A stretch of 64,000 nt of DNA from Callorhinchus milii (GCF_018977255.1 NW_024704743.1:90026001-90090000); one strand, 5' to 3'. Shown: positions 1 through 13,351, counted from the first letter of the stretch. Notes: generated from the sequence alone by a model not told the origin. Numbers and translations: made by a program.

Positions 1-1059
1 GCCTCTCTGAAATGTTTATAAATTTCATTTTCAATTCCTTTTCCAGTTTGGTGATCTATAATATACTTTTTAAACTCAGAACTCAAAAAGATTCTGGATA
101 ATTTCCTTACTGATATTCTTGCTATCTAATGCTTTGATATTGTCTCTATTTAATACTGCTACACCTCTTCCCTTTATCCCCTTCCCTATCTTCCTAAAAG
201 TATTATTCCCAGGTAATCCCGATTTGGCTGTAACCATGATTTTCTATTTTAATCTTTGATTTATTCCCAAATTTTGTTCCTTATACTCCACACATTAATA
301 TATTCACTTGGCTTGACAATTTTCATGGTTTTATTGTGCTCACCACATGATTTATATTCTCATCTGGCTTCATCTCTTTGAAGCAGTCTTATTATTTACA
401 ATTCCTATAACAGAAGGGTCTGCAGTATTCCAAGGTTTGTCAGCTGGGTTTGAATGGGCAGTCACTGGTCTGGAGAAGGGGAGCGATTCATCCCACTTGG
501 CTTTTGTTAACCCTGCAATCCAAAATCTAAATGGGTAGGACGGTCCTAGTTAGACAAGAATTGGGAAGCTTGCAATATAATGGCAAGCTATGTGGCATTC
601 TCTGCGGTACACAAGCCAACCTAAACCTCATATTTTCTGGAATCAAAAGTGTGTGTCCCTTTAGGGAGAGCATCCACTCCAGACACAGGGACATTTCTAT
701 GTGTAGGATGGCATGCTTATGTGGAACTCTGTCTGGTTTGAATACTCCTAAACATTGCAATGCGTTTACACACACATCAGATATCCAGATGACTAAGAAA
801 AAACACTCTCAGTTGTGCCACCCTGAACTGCTTGTTGCAATTAACACTGAATTCAACAAAACAGTCAGCAATCAACATAATCTTTATAGTCACAAGGTGC
901 ACACACAAGAACATTCTAAAATGAATCATTCAAAGGACTATAATTGTAGGAGATGTTAATTAGTACAATAAAAGTATGTATGTGGTAAGATAGTCTTTTT
1001 TGCAATGTGTTCAAGGTTGCTTTCTCAGCTAGTGCGTTGTGACTCCAAGGAAAGAATCA

Positions 1060-1612
1060 CAAACTTGACCTGGTTTTCAATAATGAAGTGCTGCAAGTGA
1101 ATGACCTAAAAGTAGGGAAATATTTGGGAAACTGTAATCACAATATAATTAGGTTCAATGTAACAATAGGAAAGGAAGAGTCGAGAACAAGGGTACTTGA
1201 CTGGAAAAGGACAAATTAAGTGGTGGTGTTAAAGAAATTGATGATACTTAAAGAAGACAAGTTTCTGAGGTCTGATGGCATTGCATCCAAGAATTTTGAG
1301 GAAAGTCAGGGAGGAAATAGTAAATGCTCTGACTACAATCTTTCAAACATCCTTGGATATGTTATGCCAGGAGACTCGAGGGGCTTAATTCTCTGTCTAA
1401 AACAGGAGAATGTTGATTAATTATAGATCAGTCAATCTGAAATCCATAGCAAACTTTTAAAGGCTATAATATGCGATAAAATTAATAACCACTTGAAAAG
1501 ATGTGGGTTGATTAAAGACGATCTGCATAGATTTATTAAAGGCACGTCTTGCCTGACAAATCTATTAGTATTTTTTGACAAACTAATCAAGAAAATAGAT
1601 AGTTAATGCTGT
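1060..1612 (+). mobile_element. Old CR1 LINE ORF2 fragment
   Basis: Degenerate CR1 motifs (SDGI..., NYRSVNL, FIKGTSCLTNLLVFF, AVD) with many stops. Confidence 0.7.
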
Positions 1613-1614
1613 GG

Positions 1615-1862
1615 ATAATAATTCTTGCATTTGATATAGCTCCTTATTACATCTTTGAGACATCTCAAAGCGCTTCTACAGAATATACTGCAAAGTGAAT
1701 TTACTGTATATTTTGTGAGCCAATTGCGCACAGCAGTGTCCCACAAACAGTCATGGATTGACCAAATTCTTATTAGTTTTTAAGGGATTATTACACCCGG
1801 AAAAGCAATCAGCCAATCGACTAACACCCAGGTTGTTACTTACTGCTGGGTAAACAGAGGCA
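1615..1862 (-). mobile_element. SINE, 5'-truncated, of the variant seen at 18522
   Basis: (AAT)n tail plus cttgcatttgatatagc; body similar to 18522-18790. Confidence 0.8.
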
Positions 1863-2197
1863 TACAGGATCTACAATAGCATGAAAAGACATATACATAG
1901 ACTCCTCCAATTGTTACACATTAAAAACTTTTTGAATGTAGATGTTTTCTTCTTTGCGTGCTAAAAGCATCAGCTGTCGGACGAGAAAACAATGTTGTAA
2001 AAGATCTTGTACATTGTGTATTGCTACTTGAGTGAAGACTACATTGGGACCAAGAAACAAATTAAATGCATTACATGCATTCACTGGATAAATATTACCA
2101 ATTAATTCACTATATAAATATCCGAGATCCTACACAATAAACAACTACACATTATCTCTGGTTATAGGAGCTGCTCAAGTTATGTAGTCATGTAAAT

Positions 2198-2268
2198 CAG
2201 GGTGGTCTAACCTTTTGGCTGCTGAGGGCTGGATGACAGATTTCAGACACGCCTGCGGGCCGGATAAG
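2198..2268 (+). mobile_element. Possible hAT-type DNA transposon end
   Basis: CAGGGTGGTCTAACCTTTT...GCGGGCCGGA resembles hAT/Charlie termini. No partner end was found. Confidence 0.4.
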
Positions 2269-2384
2269 CAATAATGTATCCTGACGAACCATTCCGATTC
2301 CTGGGTTGAGCCTCAGCCCCTGGTAACTCTCTGGATTAGCTTGTGATATATATATGGACTTTTTGAAAGCTTTTGATAATACAT

Positions 2385-3060
2385 TACAAAATTACATTTG
2401 TATAGTGCCTTTCACATCGGGAGAACGTCCCAAGGTGCTGGACAGTCAGGCCGAGCGGGAGGGAGGTTGGGATCAGGGAGGGTGGAGGGCAGGGAGGGTA
2501 ACCGAAGGTACGTTTGAAGAGGAGCGCTTTGAGATATGCCTTGAAGGAGGCAAGGAAGGGAGCAAAGTAAAAGGAACATGGGATGAAGTTCCAAAGAGTG
2601 GGAGAAGAGAGGCTGAAAGCCCAACCGCCAATGGTGGGGTGGGCACAGCCTGCTGAGCGGAGGAGCGAACAGGTTGAAATGGGGATAGCAGGTCACAGAG
2701 GTAGGAAAGAGCAAGGCCGTGGAATGTCTTGAAGGCGAGGACGAAGATTTTAAACTCTATCCTCTGGGGATGGGGAGTCAGTTGAGCCGGGCAAGGGTTG
2801 GGGTGATTGGGTCATATACCCTGGTATCGGGAGAGTACACGAGCTGCAGAGTTCTGGATGATCTGCAGCTTGTGGATGGAAGAATTGGGAAAGCAGGGAG
2901 TTGGCATAGTCGAGCCTAGATGGGATGAACTGAGGGTTTCGGTGGCCTGAGAGGTGAGGCAGTGGTGGAGCCGGGAGATGTTGCGGAGGAAGGGGGGAGG
3001 GCAGAGCGGGTCATGGCACGGATCTGGGGTAGAAAGGACAGTTGAAGGTCAAAAAAGAAG
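2385..3060 (-). mobile_element. L2 LINE 3' fragment
   Basis: Translates FDLQLSFLPQIRAMTRSA, LQIIQNSAA, FKIFVL; 3' end shared with the other L2 copies. Confidence 0.85.
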
Positions 3061-3299
3061 ATAAGGTGCCACATAACAGGATTCTTAAAAAGAATAAGAT
3101 GCATGGTATTAATGGAAAGACAGTCAGTAGCTTGGATAGAAATGGAGTTAAAGTGCTAGTAGATGGTTAGATGGTGAGAAGGTGAGATGGTTGATCAAGT
3201 GTTGGTCGTTAGACAGAAAACAAAAAATAGGGCTAAAAGGAAATTTCTCACATTTCTTTTTAAAAGAGAATTCTAATTAACTTAGCTGGAAACCTCACT

Positions 3300-3667
3300 T
3301 TTAAACCCCTCCACCGTCTTGTTCCTCCGTGACCCACTCAAACCTTACCAACCTTCCCGCTCCCTCTGCTGGGTGGGCACTGGCCTGCTCCATGTCCACC
3401 ACCCTACCTGGCCCATCATCGGCGATTGGGCTTTCAATCTTTCTGCTCCACCCCTGGAACTCCATCACCTTGGCCCATCCCTCAAGGCCGGTCTTAGAAC
3501 CTTCTTCTTTAATCGTGCCTTTAGTCATCCTCCCACCACTAACCCCCATGTCCTCCACCCCACTTGAATCCCAGCTCCCCAGCTCAGGTGCAGACCTTGA
3601 CTCTCCAGCACCTTGGGACATCATCCTGACATGAAAGACGCTATTTAAATGCAATTTGTGGTTGTTC
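3300..3667 (+). mobile_element. L2 LINE 3' fragment
   Basis: PIIGDWAFNLSAP...LKAGLRTFFFNRAF, then cttgggacatcatcctgacatgaaagacgctatttaaatgcaa tail. Confidence 0.85.
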
Positions 3668-4324
3668 TATATGTTTGAACATGGTTAACCCAACCTGCAA
3701 ATTATACCCAGTATCAGCAAGATTGTATTGTAAGATTGTGATTTGCACCATTTTATCCATCAGGGAAGAATCTAGTTCCTGCCAGGGATTTGAGAGGTTA
3801 TATGGATGTGTGATGTATTTTGATTTATAAATCTAGCCACTTGAATTTGCAGTCGTGAGCATGTGGTGAGCAATCATTAATGGCAAAGCCTGATTTCCTT
3901 TTCAGAGGAAATGGTTCTTATCCTACAAATATGACATCCCCAAAAATATCTGCACTTCAAATACGTCTAATAAATTCATGGCAAGCCTAATAAAGAAAGC
4001 TTCTTGAATAATTGGTGAACTCAGAACTACACCTGATCTATCAAAGGGTATGATAAAATGGCTCATTTATTCCTATGTGGAATTGAGAGATGAGGAAACC
4101 TGGCAGTATTAATTGAGATTGAATAATATTATCGGTATTAGTACAATAGGGTGAGGGCAACTCAGAACTGAAGAGAGCAAACATGAAGAAACCTCTAAGC
4201 AATGCAAATCTTGAAAAAAAATCAAACAGATTTTCATCTTTGTTGATCCTTTTCTTTGCACTTCAGAATATGATGGTAAATGTTGTTGTTGTTTTCGCTG
4301 TTAATCTCTTCCCACGCAATTATC

Positions 4325-4658
4325 ATGGAGTCCTGTAGCTCAGTGGTTAGAGCACTTGCCTTGCAAGCGAGACACCTGGGTTTAATTCCAGGCAGGTCAG
4401 GGCGAAACCTTGGGCAAGTTTCCTTACTCTACACGCCTAATAATAATCTCTCCAAAACAAAACAATAATAAATTGGTCATTTTGGTCATTGGTCATTCAC
4501 GACTGTTTGTGGGACACTGCTGTGCACAATTGGCTGCCGCGTTTCGCCCACAAATATACGGTCAATTCACTTTACAGCATACTCTGTGAAGCGCTTTGAG
4601 ACATCTAGAAGACGTGAAAAGCGCTATATCAATATGCAAGGATTATTATTATTATTAT
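4325..4658 (+). mobile_element. Full-length tRNA-derived SINE with L2-like tail
   Basis: Box A TAGCTCAGTGG, degenerate box B GGTTTAATTCC, body tgtgcacaattggctgccgcg, (ATT)n tail. Confidence 0.92.
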
Positions 4659-6004
4659 CATGCCGACCGACTCTGGCAACCTACCTATTGTGGAAAGCAT
4701 GTTAGAAAGACTTGTCCTCATACATTTTCATTGACTATCTACTTGACAGATTTACAAGATAAAGTTGGTAAAATTTGCCTGAATATACAGCTATTCCTCC
4801 ACGTTCCCTCCAGGTTCTGATTGACTCCTTTTTCTTTTTCTCACACATAGAGGAATACAAAGTTTCAGTCTGGAAGCCACAGATTATTACCAATTTCAGT
4901 AGTGTGTAGCTTCCGAGCTAAAGTAACATGCCTGCCAATCTTTCAGTGCGTTGAGTGTTAAACAGAGGCAATAAATTGATTTGACTTCCTTGCTTAATTC
5001 AATACTGGTTGAAGCCTGAGGTGGCAGATCTAATTGTGCAGATTGCTGGAATAGCTTCCAACACATGGCACTGAATTTATGTGCATTGGGGCATGTCCTG
5101 AACCTGTACCAAGCCTTAACCTGTTTTTCACTTGTCTCACTTCTAATCATATCCCAAACTCCTTTTTGAATTTAGCAGCAAGAAGCGGGGCTGGAGACAT
5201 AGTCAATGCCAAGTGGACCACTCGTCCATTAAATGGCCAATGATGCGCTAAGTGTTGCAACACATATTCCTCTTTGATGAAGTAATTTGATACAGCGGAA
5301 CCAGCTTCTAGTTGAATCTCGTGAATGAAGATTAACTAAAGACAAATCTGGGCCACAGTGGCCCTGCCTGGGGTACTGAACATTACTTCTGTACCTCTGA
5401 GAGGTCAGTAAACGTTAAGTGGCAAAGAATATAATTATCCAATTAATCAGATAATTTAATGGAAATAGCCCAACTAATGGTTCTTCAATCTAGTAACCCA
5501 GGAATCTGCCTATGGTAAAAATCTGTAATGTATCCATTAAAAAGGTTAACAAAGTGACCTTAGAATACGGATAAATTAAATGATCATATTCTGAAACATT
5601 TTACCCGTTATTGTTAAGGTAATATTTGGTTGTATTGTATATAAGGAGCTTCACTTGCAATACAAAAACATGCACAAGGCAGTTTTATGGTACTTTAAAA
5701 GAGATGTGAATCTTGATTGTATCCTCGAAAGTTTTCAAGGAAGCAAATAATGCACAAAACTGCTGGAAGTTGTGCAGGACATACATTGTGGAAATCATGT
5801 TATGTCTGCCTACTGGCATTTTCAAATGCCAAGAATGGCTACACTACATTTTTTATTTTGCCAGCTGTAACTGTTTTGAAAAGTTAGGGCACAAAGATAT
5901 TCTGTGGCTTGCACAACATGAACATGGAATCAGATTTGTGGTTCTGTTCCCCTCTCCACCCCCACTCCTTCAATTGTGTTGTCAATTATAAAAGTGAATT
6001 GTGA

Positions 6005-6508
6005 ACAACAACAACAAGATTCCATTTATAAAGCGCCTTTCACGTCAGGAGGACGTCCCAAGGCGCTGCACAGTTGGGTCATGACCCGAGCAGGGGGAAA
6101 TGGTCAGGGTGAGGGGAGGGAAGGGAGGGAGCGAGGAGGGGGGAAATGGTCAGGGTGAGGGGAGGGAAAGGAGGGAGCAAGGAGGGGGGAAATGGTCAGG
6201 GTGAGGGGAGGGAAGGGAGGGAGCGAGGAGGGGGAAGAGAGTCGAGAGGGGAGCTGAAGGCTCGGTCAAAGAGAAAGGTCTTGAGACCGGCCTTGAAGGA
6301 GGAAAGGGAGGAGGCGGCGAAGGCACTGGGGATGGAGTTCCAGAGCCTAGGGGCTGAGAGGCTGAAGGCCCGACCACCGATGGTAGGGCGGTTGGGGCGG
6401 GGGATGTGGAGCAGACCGGAGCCAGAGGAACGGAGGGTACGGGCAGGTAGGTAGGGGGATAGTAGGTTGGAGAGGTAGGAGGGAGCAAGGCCGTGAATGG
6501 CCGTGAAG
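6005..6508 (-). mobile_element. Young L2 3' fragment with an internal triplication of about 46 nt
   Basis: Near-identical reverse complement of 11114-11557. The unit GGGGGAAATGGTCAGGGTGAGGGGAGGGAAGGGAGGGAGCGAGGA occurs three times at about 6093-6236. Confidence 0.93.
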
Positions 6509-6956
6509 TCCCAGAGGGGGCTAGGGTTTTGGGCCTCAGGCTTAGTGGCTGACAGCTAGGGGGAGGGGAGGTTACAGACTTTTAGATTCTGTTTTCTTCA
6601 TTAAAACCTCAGTCTTGTGCTAACCAGCAGTCAATCTGTGAGGTGGAAATCCATGGCCAGTACTTCCTTTGTTGGGTGGGAGGAATGTTGTTTGGAAAAT
6701 TGCCAGCCATGTTTTTCTGACCTTCAGAACGCTGTCTGACCCATTCGATATGATCAATATTACACAAACCACAAATTTCACCCAACAGAGTATTACCGAA
6801 GGAACATAAATTGAATATTTCCTTACCATTTCAAGACAGCATTATTCCTTTTCCCCACCTCGAAAGAAAATACAGTGCAAGCTAAACCTTGCTGCCTTGT
6901 TGGAGTAAACTTCCTTGATTCTTAGGCCAGCGAAGAGGCTATTTATTTGCACTTGC

Positions 6957-7063
6957 CTTAGAATGATAATCTTGTTCCAGTCTGGAGTCTGACGCTGCTA
7001 CCTGTTTGTATTTGTTCATTTTCATTTTCATTTGGCGAGTCTTCTCCTCTACATCCATTGAAC
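6957..7063 (-). CDS. RIMS2: RIMS2 exon (107 nt, phase 1/0): SMDVEEKTRQMKMKMNKYKQVAASDSRLEQDYHSK, with GC donor
   Basis: ctctttgtccacag acceptor, AAG|gcaagt donor. Matches RIM2 MDIEERNRQMK.NKYKQVAGSDPRLEQDYHSK (recalled). The next exon was not found in the window. Confidence 0.95.
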
Positions 7064-7974
7064 CTGTGGACAAAGAGCTGAATTAAACAGTAATCTAATT
7101 AAACGTAATTAAACTTGGAATCAGCAAACACTTCCCCCCCACCCGCCCCCCTTTACTACAGTGACTCAATGAAGAAGTGTACAAGAAGTGGGACTATGCA
7201 ACTATACCATGAAGCTTTATTTTCTGGAATTTTTTTTCAAAATAAAAATAATATTAAAAAATTGATGTTTTATACTCTTAAAAGCTAGATTGGCAGCTGT
7301 CATAAATAACACCACACAATTATTCTTTTCATTTAAAATTCCTTTAGACTTTTTGATGAAAATCGTTTAAGCTGAACTATTTATACTATGCTAAAACACA
7401 TTAATTGTTCACTTCTAAGACCAATAAAATGCTATTCCTTTACTACTTTTCTCTAAATCCCAACTTTGAAATCTACATTCTTCTGAAGTAATACATGAAA
7501 GTGGAGTTTATTGATCTGCCTCTACATAACCTTTGGTAACAAAGCAGATCAAGGTAGACATTTTACTCAGCAGGCAAACTCTGCAACAGGAATCCAAGCA
7601 CTCTCCATATTAAACTGCAAATGTTTTATTAGTGCTGTGTTTAAAGACATTGAGGTTAATTTATTGATAAGTCAATACTTAGTATATTAAATATAGCCAG
7701 ATGTAGTGCAGGTAAATTCCCCCAATAACTACTCAGTGAAAATGCCATGAAGCACTGCACTTCTCTCTCATGGATAGTGGCGTTTGAATACTGATTCACA
7801 GGATATTAATTCAATAAAATCTCAGAGAGGCTAGTATCCCACAACCAACAACTGAATACTATGCATCTGGCTTTATAGACGTTGTCACTGAGACTAGTGA
7901 GGAGACTGGGGGGGAGGGTTCTGTCTCCACTCCAGCTACATAAATACAACGTTCTGCATATCAAATTTAGCACT

Positions 7975-8099
7975 AAAGCACTCTGAGATGCTGTCCTGCA
8001 GGAAGGGCGCTATATAAATGCAAGTTGTTGTTGTTGTTCACCCCCCTCAACTTGCATTTATATAGTGACCTTCACGCCAGATGGCGTCTCAGAGCACTT
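7975..8099. repeat. Two L2-type 3' ends in tail-to-tail inverted arrangement
   Basis: ...CTATATAAATGCAAGTTG on the left and CAACTTGCATTTATATAG... on the right; arms about 52 nt, short spacer. Confidence 0.8.
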
Positions 8100-9494
8100 A
8101 ACATCAGAGAAACATATCATTTATTATTTTAGGTTCAGGTCAGGAATCACAGGTACCAGTTGTTCATTTTCGTTATTGTTTCTGAAGAATGTTTGCTTAT
8201 TTACTGTACTCCATTTTAGGTGTCTGACAAATCAAACTGTGATTTCTTCAAATTTTGGAAAAACATTTTTTGTGCTCTTCAGGGATCAAATTTGTAGCAA
8301 TCTTAAACACATTCCGTTTCTTATTTAAGGGACATATGTCCTCCCAATTCTAAAAAATGGTAGCACCAAATCTGGCTGATGAAGCTTAGGTGCTACCATA
8401 TTTGCTTCTTGCTCAGCAGGGAGCTATTTCAAGTACTTGAAAACAGCCACTCCAGGCTTATTCACAGAATACTGGCATAACTCTGATGAAGTGAGTCCAA
8501 CATCCAAAATGTCAGTGGACAGGGCTTTTCAGATGGGTTCAGGTACTATTATTATTCCGAAGGGAGAAGGAACAAGGGTTTTTAATCCTTCCATTTAATA
8601 TAACGCCTTGTCATGTCATTGAAACATCTTGGTCTACATTCTTGGCCCATTTTAAGTTGATTTTCAGCTTTTAAAAACCCAGGTTCTAAGCTACCCCAAG
8701 TCCACCAATAAGTATTTCTTTACACATAGGGCAATAATTGGTGGAATGGCGTTACCAGGAAGTGTGATAGAGATCAACATCCTGGACTAATTTAAAAACA
8801 GTTTGTTGCTGTAAAGGGAGGACAGTATGAGTATTCTGGAAGGATGAGAAGAAATGGATCAAATGGTCTTCTTTGTGATCTTATTTGGATTTACGTACTC
8901 TGAAGCCAAGTTAGTCATCTCTTACTTTATTGTTGAGACATCAATGTAACTAAAGCCAATACTTTTCCCTGCAATTATTACTTCTTAAGGGAAATAAGAA
9001 CAGGTAGTTTCATTATTTTAGCAGCTACAACACTGAAGATAATTAAAATGTTAAAATAACTCTGAGGTTTTAGATGTCTGAGTCTACATTTAGCCCATGA
9101 GATCATTTGAACAGCATACTTCTGCTCAGAACTTTTTTCCGAAGTGCTAGTAATAATTGATGCTCAAAAAAACGTTCAGTGCCAAAAGGTACTATCTATC
9201 GCAACAAAGAGCAAATTTATTATTTTGCTACAGATTACAATTAATTAGGTCTAATGAAAAATTAACAACTAATATCCTGGGGGAAGAAGTAAGCAGGGCC
9301 TCTTTCTGACTGAGATGGCTTATGTGTAGTTGGCTTCAAGGTCTCTCTATGACACTGATGTCTTTCTTAAAGTTGGTTAAGACACAATACTTTAACTGTG
9401 GTCTAATTAATAATTTATAGAGGTTAAGCATCCAACTCTATGGTTTCATATCCTAAGCTCGTATTTATATGACCAATAATTCTTTAAAAAAATA

Positions 9495-9636
9495 ATAAAT
9501 TGGTCACTTCAATCCACGTCTGTTTGTGGGACACTGCATTGCGCAATTGGCTGCCGCGTTTGATGTGATAAGATGTGTCGTGTTATCAAAGATAAGGCAC
9601 TATATCAAATGCAAGGATTATTATATTATTATTATT
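9495..9636 (+). mobile_element. SINE 3' fragment
   Basis: tgtttgtgggacactg...aattggctgccgcg...tatatcaaatgcaaggattatt. Confidence 0.8.
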
Positions 9637-9639
9637 ACC

Positions 9640-10310
9640 AAGAATCCCAATAACCTTTTTCACAGATTTGTCCACCTGCCTTCCTACATTTAAAGACATA
9701 TTTAAAGATATATGTATGTTAAACCCTAGATCTCTGCTACTCTACTCCTTTTAAAATGTTGCCAGTTAGTATATATTTGATCTCCTTAATCTTCCTCTCA
9801 AAATGTATCATTTCACAATTGCCCGCAATGAATTTTATTTATCATCTCTGTGCCCAACCTTGCAGGCTGTCCATGTCCACATGAAATAGCTTCCAGTGTT
9901 CTTCACTCTCAGTGTCCTCTGCAAACTTAAACATCTTAAACCCTTGTACCAGAATCCAAATCATCTATGTCAATGGAGAAAAGCAATAGTTCTAACATAG
10001 ACCCCTGACAAACACGACTATTCACATTTCTCTATTCCAAATAACTCCTAGGTAGGTACTCACTATTTCTTTTAACCAATGTTCTCTCCATGCTGCCACA
10101 TTAATGCCATGCCCTTTTTTTAAATAAGCCTCTTATATGGCACCTTATCAAAAGCCTTCTGAAAATCCCTATGCACCAAATCCACAGCATTACTTTTTGT
10201 CAATTCTCTTGGTTGTTTTATCAAACAACTGTTAGACTGGTCACCTGTCTTAGTCTGCAACAAATCCATGCTGATTGTCTTTAATCAACCAATGTCTTTC
10301 TCAAATGATT
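9640..10310 (-). mobile_element. CR1 LINE RT fragment
   Basis: Parallels 60250-60940 (DFQKAFDKVP and KFAEDT motifs on the minus strand); decayed. Confidence 0.8.
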
Positions 10311-11113
10311 ATTAATATATATCCTATCCTATGACCCATATATACCTGTACATGGTCTATACTTGCGTATCACATTGTCCCTTTTGAACAGAGCTACCCT
10401 TCAGTGTTTATTATGGCAAGATTTGTGTTTTGTAACGGATTAAACTGCAGCAGTGCTCCCATGCATTCTCACTAACTTGCACCTAAAGAGAAGTGGTGAG
10501 GATATGGGTTCACTCCCAAACATATGGTTAGGGGTGAGTTTTAAGCACACATTTTATGGCACAAAATCATTATCGCATCTCATGCCATATTCCCCTGCCC
10601 AATATGTTATGAATTTAGTTGCCCAATGGACTAAACTCTATTAAAATTCATCAACCAAAGTAATGTCAATTTAATGTTAAATTATCTTTTTTAATGTTAA
10701 AGTAGCTTCCAAATGATCATCATAATGAAGAACGCTGAACTAATTTTGAAACAGCAATTTTAAGGTCTGGTTGGTCATCTAGCCTTAAGTGGATGAAATA
10801 ACTAAAGTCGATTTAAAATGTGTCCCCAGCTAACTCATACATGACAGTAACTCTCCTCTTAGCTAAAGAACACTGAGGTCATTCACTTGCTCTGTGATGA
10901 TTTACATTGTGATTGGGTGCACTGAAACAAATTGAATGCCATTCTCACATTGCAGTCTCCAGTACCAACATTTTGTGTGTTTCTAAAGAAAACAATGGCA
11001 ACTAAATACACCTCTTTAGCAGCATCACCCACCCCTGGAGTGGCCATATGACAAGGTGCTCAAGATGTACAGTGTTTTCTCCAGGAAATACCCTGTACGT
11101 CAAAAAAATGAGA

Positions 11114-11557
11114 CTCGAATTCAAGATCCTCATCCTCACCTACAAGGCCATTCACGGCCTTGCTCCCTCCTACCTCTCCGACCTACTATCCCCCTACCTA
11201 CCCGCCCGTACCCTCCGTTCCTCTGGCTCCGGTCTGCTCCATATCCCCCGCCCCAACCGCCCTACCATCGGTGGCCGGGCCTTCAGCCTCTCAGCCCCGA
11301 GGCTCTGGAACTCCATCCCCCAGTGCCTTCGCCGCCTCCTCCCTTTCCTCCTTCAAGGCCGGTCTCAAGACCTTTCTCTTTGACCGTGCCTTCAGCTCCC
11401 CTCTCGACTCTCTACCCCCTCCTCACTCCCTCCCTTCCCTCCCCTCACCCTGACCATTTCCCCGCTGCTCGGGTCCTGACCCAACTGTACAGCGCCTTGG
11501 GACGTCCTCCCGACGTGAAAAGGTGCTCTATAAATGGAATCTTGTTGTTTTTGTTGT
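11114..11557 (+). mobile_element. Young L2 3' fragment
   Basis: EFKILILTYKAIHGLAPSYLSDLL...GGRAFSLSAPRLWNSIP; (TTG)n tail. Confidence 0.93.
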
Positions 11558-12548
11558 AATTTACATTCTCCTTAAAGCTGCAGTTTTGTGAGTTTGTGTG
11601 TTATACAGGGGATTCTCTGGAGACAAAATGCTCTGTGTGTGACAGGACCTGCTCTAAGCGACCACACACTGATGCCACTGTTCGTGCTGCTCTGATGATT
11701 TTGGTGTGGATTATATCCTAATTGATTTTATTTACCACCCTTGCTTTATAAACTAAGATTACTCCCCTATTTTATGGATCACAGAGAAACTTTACTAGTT
11801 ACATCAAAATGAGTTTGAGGCTCTGACAGGAAACAGATGTAATAAGATGTGCCTTGAACTGTTTTTGTGGGACAGAGTAGAGGAATCATTATATTACGTA
11901 GTTTAACCAGATTAAAGTTTGATGATAAAATTATAGAAAGTTTACAGCACAGAGAGAGGCCATCAAGCTCATCACAACTACACTTATGCTGCCTCCCCCA
12001 ATGGAGCTAGCCTGCCACCCAGCTCTTTCCACATTCACTATAATATTCGAGTTGAGTATACAAGTTATCCAAATTTATTTTTAATTGCTCTTATTGACAC
12101 AGTGATGCAGGCACGATAGGCTGGGGTGGGGGAGAAAATTCTCTGATGTTCGGTAAAGTTGCCAATCTTGGTTGATAAGAGAGAAAATGTCCATGATAAG
12201 TTCATAAACCAAAGTCGCCAAATGTATCCACCAGCAGAAAATCTGATCTAGTCATTCACCAAGGTTAATAAGTTTACCAATATCAGAGGATTACCCTTGA
12301 AGTTCAAAGGAAGTCAACATGGTAACATTGGGTAGGCGAATAGCCAGTTCATAACCTATTCAAATGCTAAGGCTACCCAGGTGTTTTCCAGCACAGTTCA
12401 ACAGGAGCCCTTTGAATACTTTACCACTTACTGCAGAACCATTGTCAACATTAATGTGGCATGATTTGGGTGGAATTTTCTGGGCAAATAAATTGTTCAA
12501 AAAAAGTGGTAAAAGGGTAAGATCCAAGTCCACCTCGTCAAGTCTCTA

Positions 12549-12795
12549 TCCCCCAGTGCCTTTGCCTTGCCTCCTCCCTTTCCTCCTTCAAGGCCGGTCT
12601 CAAGACCTTTCTCTTTGACCGTGCCTTCAGCTCCCCTCTCGACTCTCTACCCCCTCCTCGCTCCCTCCCTTCCCTCCCCTCACCCTGACCATTTCCCCCC
12701 TGCTCGGGTCCTGACCCAACTGTACAGCGCCTTGGGACGTCCTCCTGACGTGAAAGGCGCTCTATAAATGGAATCTTGTTGTTGTTGTTGTTGTA
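12549..12795 (+). mobile_element. Young L2 3' fragment
   Basis: Near-identical to 11315-11557; (TTG)n tail. Confidence 0.92.
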
Positions 12796-12842
12796 GTTAC
12801 AATAACAAAACGCTAAACCACACCAGCAAATGACCTGTACAA

Positions 12843-13351
12843 GCATTCATGCGCAAAGAACAACTGCACACAGAATGACAAATCTGTGAACAAGTCAATA
12901 ATATAGAATGCATTCAATAGCTAGCTTTTGTCTGTACAGTGGAAGTTTCAGCATATGAGAAATTTATTTTACTTAGAAGCAAATTCAGGGGTGGCCTGGT
13001 GTATATGCACACTTTCTTATTAATTACTGACAATGGATCTTGGTCATTGGGATATAGAGAAGAAAACGCTGATGTCATAATTATCCCAGTATGATTTATC
13101 ACAGTGTTAGATTTTCCTTCCTGATGATGTCTGATAGGGACATCCTTGAGGAATATCTCCCCCAGTTTTGTGAGAATTGTACAACCACAGGCACCTCTGG
13201 GAGGAAAGTGTTAATCCCAAATTTATATTTGAGAACAAGCAACAAATGTTACAGCTCTAGTATTAGAGTGTCTTCTGCTGAAGTTATAAGACTGGAAAAT
13301 ATTTTTTTGCTACCATGCTTATGCTGTGATTTTTTAAAGAGTATGTTTTGA
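12843..13351 (+). pseudogene. Possible upstream decayed coding segment of the nested plus-strand pseudogene
   Basis: Protein-like stretches (YEKFILLRSKFRGGLVYMHTFLLITDNGSWSLGYREENADVIIIPV; ORF 13091-13351) broken by a few stops and a frame change. Confidence 0.35.

Noticed and set aside
4325..4395. tRNA-Ala-like genes at SINE heads
   Set aside because: No proper acceptor stem, and each continues into a SINE body and tail.
6827..6858. 32-nt minus-strand microexon candidate
   Set aside because: Rare GAG acceptor, frameshifting, and no compensating partner found.
8359..8520. Short hairpin and CTGATGA motifs as hammerheads
   Set aside because: No GAAA box with compatible stems.
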